Position numbers and translations under genes: made by a program. Shown here piece by piece: positions 13,289-26,009 of a stretch of DNA of 54,231 nucleotides. The stretch's first letter is position 1; every line of letters starts with the position of its first letter. The stretch is taken from positions 1,277,096 to 1,331,326 of the forward strand of contig JAWQFM010000015.1 of assembly GCA_033442325.1 (NCBI GenBank). Direction: 5' to 3'. The stretch comes from Salpingoeca rosetta (taxonomy: Eukaryota > Protista > Choanoflagellata). Under the pieces are notes generated by a model. The model saw only the letters and a list, made by a program, of their open reading frames with translations. It searched no databases and was not told the origin of the DNA.

Positions 13289-16072
13289 TTAGAGAACAAG
13301 ATTTGGCGCCAGAATCCAGTCAGTGTGTGTTTGGGTGTGTGAGTGTGTTTGTGTGTGTGTGTTTGAGCAGACAGGGCTTCTCACATCTGCAAAACTGAGT
13401 TGGTGACGATCAACGACTCGTTTAATCTCGCTTCTTCTGACATCGATGGCCTCGATTTCTATGCAAAGCAAGTGCTCATACAACGACCGCCCACTGTCCC
13501 ACCAACTCTATGCCTTTCCTTCCCGCCCACGCCTAAGCTACGAGTTCGTCTCTGTCGCCTTCATCTCCCTCCTCTGTCGTTCCTTCCTTGCTCAGGTGCT
13601 CCAGGAACGAGTACACCACCGCCTAGAGATGTTTGTGTGTGTGTGTGTGTGTGTGTGTGAGTTTGTACGTGTGTGTGTGTGTGCGTGTGTGTGCGTGTGC
13701 GTGCATGTGTGTGTGTGTGTGCGTGTGTGTGTGCGTGCGTGCGTGTGTGCGTGTGTGTGCGTGCGTACATGGGTGTTCGTACGTGAGCGCAAAGCAGGGC
13801 ACGCGTGAGATGTGCGCACACGCTGTCAGCTTGTCACGCAGGCATAGACACGGCAAACAGGCTGCTGACACAAAGCACGTGGGTGACAGGTTGCTGTCTT
13901 CCTTACCTGGCCGTTGACCAGGTTTTGGATGCGGATTCGCTCGTTGGGGAGATGCGCGCCGTCTGAGCTCTGACCCATCGGCAGGTGCAGGGCGGGCGCC
14001 TCAAAGTGGTCGACCAGCATGCACGTGGTGTGCATGGTGCCACCCTCGCACACAAGCAGCGGCTCACAGCCCCACACCTGTTTGATGTATGCGAGTGAGT
14101 GAGTGAGTGAGTGAGTGAGTGAGTGAGTGAGTGAGTGAGTGAGTGTGTATGTGTTTGTGTGTGTATGTGAGTGAGTGAGTGAGTGAGTAAGTGAGTGAGT
14201 GAGTGAGTGAGTGAGTGAGTGAGTGAGTGAGTGAGTGAGTGAGTGAGTGAGTAAGCGACCATTTGTGTGTGTGTGTGTGTGTGCGAGTTGAGTGGGCGAG
14301 TGTGAGTGTGTGAAAGTACTTGTAAGGCAAGCAAGCTGCGAGAAGCTGCGACTATGAAGGGAAGTGCAACCGTGTTCCTTACGCGACAGGAGCATGAGGC
14401 ATGATAGCGTGCTGCCCCTACCTCTTTTGTTGCCGCTCGCGCTGCCCCAAAGTACGGGCTGGATGTTTCGCTGCGCCACCACTGGCTCACCTGCACCACC
14501 TCCACAGAGAGCTGGCACAGAACAACATGAAATACAAGAGAAGAGATGAGGAAAGCAGCGTTCGTTTGAATGCGAGCCGGACAAAGCATGAGCACATCAC
14601 AACATCTCGCGTGAGTGCACATGGGCGCACACACATCCACGCAATAAACGTGTGAGGACTGCACATGTAAAACCGCGTCTCATCACACAACACCAACAGC
14701 ACAAAACAACACAGCAACAACAACGTGTGGGGCCAACCTGGTTGCCGGAGTTCCTCTTGTTGAATTCGTGTTCGAGGTGGTGACGCACAACCGTGACAAT
14801 CTCATCTGCCTTTTGATCGGGAACAAAGCGAATGCTCACCTGAAAACAACACAGATGTATGTGTGTATGTATGTATGTATGTATGTATGTATGTATGTAT
14901 GTATGTATGTATGTATGTATGTATGTATGTATGTGTGTGTGTGTGTGTGTGAGTTGATGACTCTTCTCGGGCGCACGTGTGTTTCAACTTCCACTTCCAC
15001 TACAGTCCTTCCTGTGTTGACTTGCCTGGGCAGTGGCCTTGTGTGGAATGACTGAGAACGCTTGGTCACCGTTGCTGGTCTGCACGTTCGTGATGGAGAG
15101 TGTGGGCTCTGCCCAGCGAGCACGCAGCGCGTTGCGTTCGGCCGCCTGTGCCAGCCGCTGCACGCCAAGCTCGTGCCGGTATTGCGTGGTGTCAAAGGCA
15201 ATGCGGTCGAATGCCGCGTCGTCGTCCTCACTCGAAGCGCGCACGTCTTCGTAGAATCTGCGCCAAGATGTGTGTGATTGTGTATGTGTGTGAGTGGGAG
15301 ATTGTGTGTGTATGTGTGTGAGTCTGTGTGGGTGCATGGAGACAAAGGCGGCTAACAAACAAACAAACAAACAAACAAACAAACAAACAAACAAACAAAC
15401 AAACAAACAAACAAACAAACAAACAAACAAACAAACAAACAAACAAACAAACAAACAAACAAACAAACAAACAAACAAACAAACACACACACACACACAC
15501 ACTTTCTCGTTCTCCCGCACACTCACCCGGGAACGCAGACCCGGCCTGCCCCGTCCACGAGTGTTCCGAGAATGTAGCACAGGTCAATTGTCGGCTCAAC
15601 AACGGCGCCACCGTCTACACCCGCGTGCACGTTTTGTCTGCACATGACGAGGAGAAAGTATGCCGAAGGGCAGGGCATGAGCGGGTGTGGTTGAGCGTGC
15701 GTGGATCTGTGTGCATGTGCCAGTGTGGCTGTGCAAGTGTGGCTGTGCATGTGCGTGCAAACTGTGTGTGTTGTGGCTCCACAGGGCACAGGTGTTCGTG
15801 CATACTTTGGACCCTGGACGGAAACAACCATGCGAATGTGCCCTCGCATTGCATATGTCAAGCAGGGCCGCTCGTCGTCAATCCAGTAGTTGTTGCTGAT
15901 GAAGATGTAGTCAATGCCTGCAGGCAACCCAAAACATCATTACGAACATTGCATCATCATTGTCAGTCGTCAAACAAGCAAGCAGGTGTTGGAGGATGAG
16001 ACGACGTTGGTAAGAAAAGGATAGAGGAGGCAATGAAGGTTGATCGCAGCACACACGCACACACACGCACAC

Positions 16073-16152
<80 letters not shown>

Positions 16153-18386
16153 CACAACACACGCTCGTGGATGCACGACGTCCACGCTCGGCGTGGTGGT
16201 GATTCTGTCCAGGGCTTCTTGATGACCTCCGCTGCGGTTCTCATCCTCACCCTCATACATAATGATCATGTTCACGACGCACTTGTTGTCGCTCTGCACA
16301 CATGCTCACAATTTCTCGGCTGGTTGCTGAAGCACGAAAAGGAGAGTGTAAAGTGGCAGTGTGTCAGTGANNNNNNNNNNNNNNNNNNNNNNNNNNNNNN
16401 NNNNNNNNNNNNNNNNNNNNNNNNNNNNNNNNNNNNNNNNNNNNNNNNNNNNNNNNNNNNNNNNNNNNNNNNNNNNNNNNNNNNNNNNNNNNNNNNNNNN
16501 NNNNNNNNNNNNNNNNNNNNNNNNNNNNNNNNNNNNNNNNNNNNNNNNNNNNNNNNNNNNNNNNNNNNNNNNNNNNNNNNNNNNNNNNNNNNNNNNNNNN
16601 NNNNNNNNNNNNNNNNNNNNNNNNNNNNNNNNNNNNNNNNNNNNNNNNNNNNNNNNNNNNNNNNNNNNNNNNNNNNNNNNNNNNNNNNNNNNNNNNNNNN
16701 NNNNNNNNNNNNNNNNNNNNNNNNNNNNNNNNNNNNNNNNNNNNNNNNNNNNNNNNNNNNNNNNNNNNNNNNNNNNNNNNNNNNNNNNNNNNNNNNNNNN
16801 NNNNNNNNNNNNNNNNNNNNNNNNNNNNNNNNNNNNNNNNNNNNNNNNNNNNNNNNNNNNNNNNNNNNNNNNNNNNNNNNNNNNNNNNNNNNNNNCGAGT
16901 GAGTGAGTGACTGAGTGAGTGAGTGAGTGAGTGAGTGAGTGAGTGAGTGAGTGAGTGAGTGAGTGAGTGAGTGAGTGAGTGAGTGAGTGAGTGAGTGAGT
17001 GAGTGAGTGAGTGAGTGAGTGAGTGAGTGAGTGTGTATTTGTGTGTGTGTGTGTGTGTGTGTACTTGTGTGTTTGTGCGTGCACGTACGTGCGTGAGTGG
17101 GTGAGTGAATGAATGCGTTGTGTGTCCACTGCAACACAGCAATTGCCTTCACACCAACAAATGAACCACTCCTCGCCCCTAGGTCGCATGCATACCCTCT
17201 TCTCCCTTCACGCATTCTGCAACTCACGACTTGTGTTGTGCTGCAGCCGTGGTCCTTCAGGACTTGTTGGAGGTAGCGGGCGGCATCAAAGCATTCGCCT
17301 TTCAGTGACTGGTCACTCGACACCTGTGGCAGGTGGGGTGGTGGCGGTGGTGGTCAGCGACTGGGACACAGAGGAAGTGTGCGATGAATAGGACACTGCA
17401 TGACAGAAGACGAAACCGACAGGGGCACCCAAGAGGTTCATTGAACCATAAAAACAGGCGTGCATGTGTGCGCATCTGCAACTACAACGAACCGATTTCA
17501 GCGACACAAACTCCTCCAACATTTCATGCAGATGCGATTCAGAGTATGACAGGCGCTTCTGCTGCACGTGGCATTGGAGACAAGGGAGGGACGTGTCATG
17601 TTTGAACACGTGGAGGTGTGGCCAGAGCCGCACACACGCAAACATGCGGGCAGGTGCAAAACCAAGGAAGCGACCAAACCACGAACACAACACAAGACAA
17701 CACACAATCAAAACAAACCAACCCAAGTCATGCACAAAGCAGACAAGCCAAGGCATACACACAATACAACAAACCACACCACAACAAACCAAACCGCAAC
17801 AACCAAACAGCGCGTACATGTGCGCCACGGACATTGAGCTGCTGCTGGTCCGCCTTTGGGGTGTCGGCAGCGCCGGTGAGATCGCGCGGGAGAGACCAGA
17901 TGCGCATGTTGTGGTCGACGGCAGAGAAGAGGCGGTGTGACGCCACGTCAATCATCATGCACTGCACGGGCCCAGGCGACCCGTGGCCAAGGATAAACCG
18001 CTGGCACCACGGAAGGAGAAGGGAAGGAGGAGGGTGGAGGAAGGAGGAGGGATGAGATGTGGTGAGGGGCGTGGCGTGTGTATGATGCATATCTGTGTGC
18101 GTGTATGTATGTATATCTGTGTGCGCGTGTGTGCGTGTGTGGCAAGGAGAAATGGTTGCGTGTTTGGGTTCGTTTGGAAGGGATCACGTACAGGGCTGAG
18201 CGTGGATGGGGAGATGAGGTGGATGCTGCCATCGTCCAAACCACTGCAAGTACACGCACACACACAATTGCACAAGAGCATATGACAAGGCGGATGAGAA
18301 TGGTAACCATTGCAGCACGTAAGACGCAAGGTATGCACACACAGACACACAGACACACACACACACACACACACACAGGCACACAC

Positions 18387-18417
<31 letters not shown>

Positions 18418-18451
18418 CACAGGCACACAGACACACAGGCACACACACACA

Positions 18452-18506
<55 letters not shown>

Positions 18507-18938
18507 GCACGCGACATGCATACGCACCAGAAGAGAAATGGGTCGACGAGTGCGAGACTGAGGACCTCTGAAGGAAAGTGCGTGCACATTCCTGTCGAGC
18601 ATGCATTGTCAATGTCCCACGAGCGCACAGTGCAATCCCTAGGACAGGTGTTGGAGAAGGTCGGCGTGTTGGAGTTGGTTGAGGCTTCGACGACGAAATT
18701 TTCAGTTGAACACCACCAAACGCCCGCGTTCACACACAGACACAGACACAGACACAGACACACACACACACAATCACACACACAATCAATCACAAACAAA
18801 CACACGCACACACACACACAATCACACACACCATCAGCACACCTGCTGCAAATAAACGCGAGTGAGAAAGAAGGGGCAGTGTTGACCTTTGATGCACGCT
18901 GCTGAAAATGGGCCTTCACCGTCGCCTTGCACGCGAGT

Positions 18939-19013
<75 letters not shown>

Positions 19014-21984
19014 GCACGCACACACACACACACCACACCACACACACACACACACATGCACACGAACGATCCCTCATTTGTTTCACCTCGTTGAAGTCAT
19101 CCAGTGCAAACTGCTTGAGGGTGTCGAGTGCCACGTCACCACTGCGCTGCTGCGAATGCACGCGCTCAATTGGATGCAACATGACGTCAACGGGAAGCAT
19201 GCGAATCTTCGTGTCCTGGAAGCCAGCAAACAGCGACCTGCCCAATATGGCAAGTGAGGTGACGTCACCCATACCGAGAAAGGAAACCGTCATGAGTGGC
19301 GAAAAGGGGGCGTTGGCCCTCCACGATCGCACGGTGCTGTCACTCGAAGCACTGAACAGAATGTGGTCCTTGTCCTTGTTCGAAACAGCCTTGCCCTCGC
19401 TCGTGTTGCTGCTGCTGCTGCTATCATCATCATCACCATCACCACCACCATCATCATGGCCATTGTCACCATCACTGCTGCTGTGGCAGCGTGCGTTTGC
19501 GTGTGCTGTTGATGTGAGTGAGAGCACTGCGTCGTCGTGGCCTTCCAGCTGCGCCAGCCGCCTCCACTGCACACATGTGCAAACGTCAATGGAGATGTGC
19601 GCGTGTGAGTAGTGTTGTGATGAGTGCGAGGGTGTGTGTGCACGTGTGTGCATGTGTGTGTATGTGTGTGTATGTGTGTGTATGTGTGTGTATGTGTGTG
19701 TATGTGTGTGTGTGTGTGCGTGTCATTATAGGCGTTGGAAACCAGAATTGTGTGTTGTCAGAGTAAATGTCCAAATCAAAGCTGCGTCACAACCAAACAA
19801 TACAAAAGGGCAGCAGGCGACATCCACGGCGGCATGACAAGGGCTCACCGTCTCGGAATCCCAGACTGTGATGGTGCTCGCATTGGACCCCGTAAACACC
19901 AGCGAGCCAACAATCTCAAAGCACAACACATTCGCTGTCGTGTGCGTGCGTATGCGCATGTGTATGTGTGTATGTGTGTATGTGTGTGTTGGAGTACGTG
20001 AACCATGTGAGCAATGGCGCAGCCATGTTTGTGGGCAGTGAATGGAACATGGACAACGCCACTATCAACGCGTGTTCATTCACACCAACATGCTGTGTTC
20101 CACTCCACGTGTATGCAGGAGCATGCATGTTTGTGTGTGTGTGTGTGTGTGTATGTGTGTGTGTGTGTATGTGTGTATGTGTGTATGTGTGTGTATGTGT
20201 GTGTGCGTGCATGCGTGTGTGTGCATGTGTGTTCGTATGAGGAAGAAGCTCACCCGTGTGTGAGATGTCGTGGTGCCCAGCAGTCATGCTGCTCACATCG
20301 CAATTGGCGACGGCTGGAACGAACAGACAACAGCGATCGTCACAGACAGGTGAACCAGGGATGAGGAGCCGGTCCACAATTAAGAGAACATGGCAAAGTA
20401 ACATGCACATGTTGTGCATGTGCACACCCAGCACAAGCGAGCAAACACCAACAAACACAAGCATGTGAAACAAACAAACAAACAAGCAAGCAAGTGAGCA
20501 AGTGAGCGAGCAAACGAAACACGTGTGCGGCACCTTGTGCAGACTTTGGGACGCATGAGCGGGTGAGGCAGTCTGTGACGCTTGGATGGCAGCTGGGCTG
20601 TTCGCCATGAATGGGAGACAGCAGCACGTCAATCTCGCGTGAGATTGTCAGCGTGTACCCAGGAGGGACAGGCAACCTTCACGTACGGCGATCGTGTTGA
20701 TCAAGCAGTGGTGGATTGGATGGCGATGGTGAGGGTGACGAGTGGGTGCCAGAGTCACGTGCAGTGATGTGAACCTGCATCTTCACAGGCACACACAGAC
20801 ACAGACAGACAGACAGACACACACACAGGCACACACGCACACAGAACAGACACAGACACACAGACACAGACACACAGACACAGACACACACACACACAGA
20901 AACACACACACATGCACACACACACACACACACACGCACACACACACCAACCAGTCGGAGGTGGTGTTGGTGAGGGGCTCTGATGCGACGATAACAACGC
21001 GATGCCTCCGGTCCGCGTGCGACATGCGGTAAACGCCCATCGAATCATGTACGCATTCATAACCGGCACCTGCTGAGAAGTAGAGCGTGGCTGCACCCGT
21101 CTGCGTGCTGTCTGGGTCGCGAAGATAGCGCGTGCACACGGTGTGCTCCCCGTCCGTCAGCACAAAGTTGAGCATGCTCGCCTGCCGCAGGTTGTGCTTG
21201 TCTGCGAGCGTGTCAAGGTCCTTGATGACGGACACCACGTGCTCCCGGATTTGCTCGCACGTGAGCGGGGTGGATGGGTCGCGTGGCAGCCTGTTCAGGA
21301 ACATGGCGAAACAAAGCGCCGAGTCGCTCGAGCCCTATGCGAATTGCGGAGGGGGTTGTGTGTGTTTGTGTGTTTGTGAGTGTGTTTGTGTGTTTGTGTG
21401 TGTGTGTGTGTGTGTGTTTGTGAGTGTGTTTGTGTGTGTGTTTGTGTGTTTGTGTGCGTGTGTGTTTGTGAGTGAGTGTGTGTGTTTGTGAGCGCGTTTG
21501 TATGTTTGTGTGTGTGTTTGTGAGTGAGTGTGCGAGAGTGTGTGAGTGTATCTACCAACTGTGCTGTGCGAACGATTGTGTACGCGCGTCAACACGCACG
21601 CGCGTCCACATGAGTGTCTGCATATGCACGTATATGAGCCTGTCCCGGTTCCCCAGCACGTACCCTGGCGACTGCAAAGTCAAACGCGTCTCCCTCGAGC
21701 GTTGGAAGAACAAGGCGGCGCACGCGCTCAAAGTTGCCGATGTTGCCGTTGTGCATGAACATGTACCGCCCAAACCGAAACGGGTGGCAGCTGCAAAGGA
21801 GAGACAGACAGGTGGGCAAGGAGAAGATGAGTGAAGCAGGTGTGAGATTGCAGTCGTTCATGGTACAGACATGCCGTATCAGGAAATAGCAAATGCAGCA
21901 AACACAGCAAACCACAGCAAGCGCAGCAAACACAACAAAACACAGCAAGCAGGCCTATTGTCACGCAGAGACATTTCCACAAAC

Positions 21985-22045
<61 letters not shown>

Positions 22046-22940
22046 AGTTCGGTGACGTCTGTGCCTTCCGTCGCTGCGCGGACGTGTGCAAAGACGATGG
22101 AGGCGGTGATGCTCTCCGAGAGCTGGCGCAGGTTGGTGCTGTTCCATGCCGGCCCCGTCCCCGTGAAGACGCATGGCTCCGAGCGCTGGAAACACGTGCC
22201 AGCGAGCGACTCTGAGTTTGGCGGTGGGATATCCGGTCCGTGGGCTTCGAGACTGGCCCTGTGTCGGGCCTCTGCCGTGGAGGAGAAAGAGCACGGCGCA
22301 TGGTGCTGCTGCTCTTGCTGCTGTTGGTTGTCATTGGCGTCCTCATTCTCGCACGACTCACGCGGGCTCGTTGTTGTGGAGCAAGACGAGTGCTCTGGCT
22401 GCGCGCGGTGGTCCTGAGGCCCTTGATTCGGCCGCAGTTCAGCTGCACACGTGCTTGGAGAGTCCTCCAGCACAGGCACCAGCGGATACCACCCAAGGCC
22501 GAACCCATCGCCGTTCAAATACCCTCGCTCCGTCACTCGCTCCCGTGCTGGTTAGAGTTGTCAGGGGGAGGGGGGGAGGAAACAGAAGGGATCATTGCGT
22601 GTGCGTGTATATGTGTGTGTGTGTGTGCGTGAGTGTGTGTGTAGGTGTGTGAGTGTAGGTGTGTGTGTAGGTGTGTGTGTGTGTGTGTGTGTGTGTGGAG
22701 GTGTGTGTGTGTGGAGGTGTGTGTGTGTGCGTGTGTGTGTGTGTGTAGGTGTGTGTGTGTGAACACAACATGCACACACACACACACACGTACGCACACA
22801 CACACACACATACACACGCGTGCATGTACACACACATGCACCCAACCTGCGTAGCTCTGGCGGATGATACTGCGGCTTGGGCGTGTCACCAAGTGGGCGG
22901 GCGCAATGGGCGGCCCAACGTACGCTGTAAGACGGCACAT
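13289..22940 (-). CDS. Dug3-Dug2 fusion: class II (Ntn) glutamine amidotransferase + WD40 repeats + M20 peptidase-like domain; probable gamma-glutamyl-cleaving glutathione hydrolase
   Basis: GATase II motifs: MCRL start, [58 protein letters not shown]40 motifs: [49 protein letters not shown]20 motifs: [69 protein letters not shown]. About 20 exons, with phases checked continuously from 22940 to 17323. Part of the M20 domain probably lies in the N-gap at 16371-16895. The last exon (13622-13289) is less certain. Confidence 0.85.
14093..14252. repeat. (GAGT)n tetranucleotide microsatellite, intronic
   Basis: Directly visible tandem GAGT; a second tract is at 16897-17032. Confidence 0.9.
14866..14933. 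repeat. (ATGT)n microsatellite, intronic
   Basis: Directly visible tandem repeat. Confidence 0.9.
15354..15484. repeat. (AAAC)n microsatellite, intronic
   Basis: About 32 perfect copies visible. Confidence 0.95.
16371..16895. other. Assembly gap (N run) inside the Dug3-Dug2 gene
   Basis: 525 Ns. The expected M20 segments (HxD and GRG..D.KG) are absent from the flanking exons, so they likely lie here. Confidence 0.95.
17061..17104. repeat. 44-bp dispersed repeat, copy 1 (identical copy at 34162-34205)
   Basis: gtacttgtgtgtttgtgcgtgcacgtacgtgcgtgagtgggtga occurs at both loci, each preceded by (GAGT)n and (GT)n. Confidence 0.8.
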
Positions 22941-23471
22941 CCCCCCAATACTCTACGCTACCTCACCCAACAACAACAACAACAACAACAATAACAACAA
23001 CAACAACAACAACAACAACACAACAATAACAACAACAGCAGCAGTGATGAGCGATCCTGCTCCACTCGCTCCACTTGCTTCTTGCTTCGCTCGGCGCAAC
23101 GCGTCCGCCTTTGCCTTTTCTTTGTTTTGCCTCTTGCTCGTTCCTGCCGCGCCTTTTCTTTGTCTGTGTCGAACTTTTGTTGAAACCTTCAACAAATCGT
23201 CTACTCAGCTGATGAGTCAGTGCGACAATTGGTGAATATCTTTAAACAAAGGCCGGGAACCTTTGGCTTGCCTCTTGGTTGTGCGTGCGTGCGATGTCTC
23301 CAGCAGCCAGCCACACCACACCATTCATCCTCATTTCGTGGCTGTCTTCGTCTTGTTTGTTGTCTTTCTTCTCGCTCGTCCTGTTGTAAAACATAACAAC
23401 ACCTCAGCCATCCCCTCCGGGTTGCAGCAGAATCAACTGACGTGAGACGTACACACAAGCATACCACAACG

Positions 23472-25773
23472 ATGAAAGTGTCCTCTTCGCTGGTGGCCAC
23501 CAGCGTGTTTGCTGCTGCGGTCGTTTTGACCGCCGCCATCGTTGCACCTCACGCCGTCAGTGGACAGTCCACCCCAGTGCCAGTCCCACCACTGGCCAAG
23601 AACGCCTCTTCAACACCGATGCCAAGCAATGCCACGACGACACCTGTGATGCCAGGCAATGTGACCACCACACCTGTGATGCCAGGCAATGCCACGACGA
23701 CACCTGTGATGCCAGGCAATGTGACCACCACCCCGATGCCAAGCAATGCCACGACCACACCTGTTATGCCAGGCAATGTGACGACAACAGCTATGCCAAG
23801 CAATGTGACCACCACCACGACCATGCCAGGCAATGTGACGACAACGACCGCTAACATGACGACCACGACCACGACCACGACCACGGCCACGAACACGACC
23901 ACGACGACGACCACCACAACCACAACCACAACCGTGGCGCCTGCTGGCCCGTTCGATCTCCAGTACCCAGATGACAAGCCAGCCTTCCGTGTCATGTTCT
24001 CCAAGGTGAAGGTCGTCATTGCCAGTTTCGAGTACATAGCATGCCCTGTGGGCTCGCCAGACAAGGGGTGCTTCCCGGGCGAATTCTTCGTCAACTCCAA
24101 GGCAAGCGATGAAAGCATGGTGCAGGTCACCTGGCGTCCCACAGACACGACGCAGGCACAGCGCGTCAACGGCCTCATGTTCGACCTGAGCGGCGACTCC
24201 ATCAGCAGCGTGTCTGTTCTCAACTCGTTTCCCAACGTGTCCGCGACTGTTGAGTTCCCGGGGGATGCCATCACCTCCAACGCCACGACCTCCTTCCAGT
24301 GCACGCGTCTGCCCATCGCTGGCGCTGCCGTCAACTCGACGGACCAGCTCATCTTCTTTGACCTGCACATCCAGGCCGGGATTGCGCCCACAGCGGCAGG
24401 CAACTTCTCGCATGCAAAGCAGTGCCAGGGCATTCCATCAACGACCACAACCACGACCACAACCACGACTACAACCACAACGACCACAACCACAACCACA
24501 ACCACAACCACAACCACAACCACAACCACAACCACCAGCAACTCCACAGCCTCAACGACATCCAGCAACAGCACCAGCACCAGCACCAGCACTTCGACCA
24601 CAACCACCACAACCACGATCACCACGACCGTGGCGCCTGCTGGCCCTTTTGATCTCGAATATCCAGAACAGCACCCGGCCTTCCACGCGGTGTTCTCCAA
24701 GGTGAAGGTCGTCATTGCCGATGTCGAGTACACGGCGTGCTCCGTGGGCTCGCCAGATGGGGATTGCACGCAGGGCGAGTTCATTGTGGATGCGGATGTG
24801 AGCCACGACGCCGTGGTGCAGGTCACCTGGCGTCCCACAGACGAGACGCAGGCGCAGCGCGTGACCGCCCTCGTCTTCGACCTCAACCAGGACACCATCA
24901 GCAGCGTGTCTGTTCTCAACACGTTCCCCAACGTGTCTGAGCAGGTGCACTTCCCGGGGGATGCCATCACCTCTAACGCCACGACCTCCTTCCAGTGCAC
25001 GCGTCTGCCCATCACTGGCGCTGCCGTCAACTCGACGGACCAGCTCATCTTCTTTGACCTGCACATCCAGGCCGGGATTGCGCCCACAGCGGCAGGCAAC
25101 TTCTCGCATGCAAAGCAGTGCCAGGGCATTCCATCAACGACCACAACCACGACCACAACCACGACGACCACAACTACAACTACAACCACGACGACCACAA
25201 CCACGACAACCACAACCACCAGCACCTCGTCTGCAGCATCGTCATCAGCAGCGTCCACGTCGACAACAGCAACAGGGACCGGCAGCACGACCACGGCTGC
25301 TCCATCCACAACAGCAAAGCCCTCCAAAACGGGCAAGGGCAAGTTTGGGCCCGGCGCTATTGCTGGCGTCTCCATCGGTACGTTGTGCAACGAACCCGTG
25401 TCAAAAAAAAAAGGGGGGGGGAAGGGAGTGTAACGTGTTTGTATGTTTGCGTGTTTTGTGTGTGTGCGTATCGTTGGCGTGCCGTTGCGCACGTTAATTC
25501 GTGCGTCTGCTGTGTTGGTTTTGGTGACGAGTGGCGAAACACACCCACCGATATCACGCACACTCGTTTTCTTCATCATTTCAACCTTATTAATACTCAC
25601 TCACACCACCACCACCGCCACCACCACCACCGCCACCACCATCAACAGTTGTGCTGGTTGTTGTCGGCGGTGCGATTGCGTATGTGATTCGCTCCCGCCG
25701 CCGCCGCCGCCTCCAGGAGTACGGCATTGTCACAAACGAGGAGTTTACAGACGATGACATCATCGACGAGTGA
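23472..25773 (+). CDS. LAMP-like (lysosome-associated membrane glycoprotein) type I membrane protein with mucin stalks and two LAMP-like domains
   Basis: Exons 23472-25377 and 25649-25773. It has a signal peptide (MKVSSSLVATSVFAAAVVLTAAIVA), Thr-rich hinges, and two repeats of TSFQC...DLHIQA...NFSHAKQC, resembling the LAMP pattern SYxC/L.vQAF/FG.A..C. TM segment AIAGVSIVVLVVVGGAIAYVI is followed by the tail RSRRRRRLQEYGIVTNEEFTDDDIIDE with a YxxPhi motif. Confidence 0.7.
23616..23850 (+). repeat. Coding minisatellite (27-30 bp unit) encoding MP(G/S)N(A/V)TTT(PV), one N-glycosylation sequon per unit
   Basis: About 8 imperfect copies of atgcca(a/g)gcaatg(cc/tg)ac.ac.ac... Confidence 0.85.
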
Positions 25774-25978
25774 ACCCCTGTGCTACATGTCGTGTAATCA
25801 TCACGGCATGTGTCGCTTCGTTTCCATTTTCAAACTCATCTCTGCCTTTCACACACTTCCGTTGCTTTCCTGTTCCCATGTCTTAACCTTGCCCCCCCCA
25901 TGTCCATGTCCATGTACGTACATGTATGTGAGCTCGTGTTTATGTGTCCATGTGTGTGTGTGTGTGTGTGTCCATGTG

Positions 25979-26009
<31 letters not shown>

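Noticed and set aside
13375-13490. Coding-looking plus-strand fragment ([29 protein letters not shown])
   Set aside because: No start or partner exons found, it overlaps the probable last exon or 3' end of the Dug gene, and no family was recognised.
19998-20062. Possible extra exon ([13 protein letters not shown]...) in the Dug fusion
   Set aside because: Its available donors give the wrong phase; skipping it yields an in-frame WD40 start (ISHT|ANVLCF).
23549-25600. 683-aa Val-rich ORF on the minus strand
   Set aside because: Antisense shadow of the Thr-rich LAMP-like gene.
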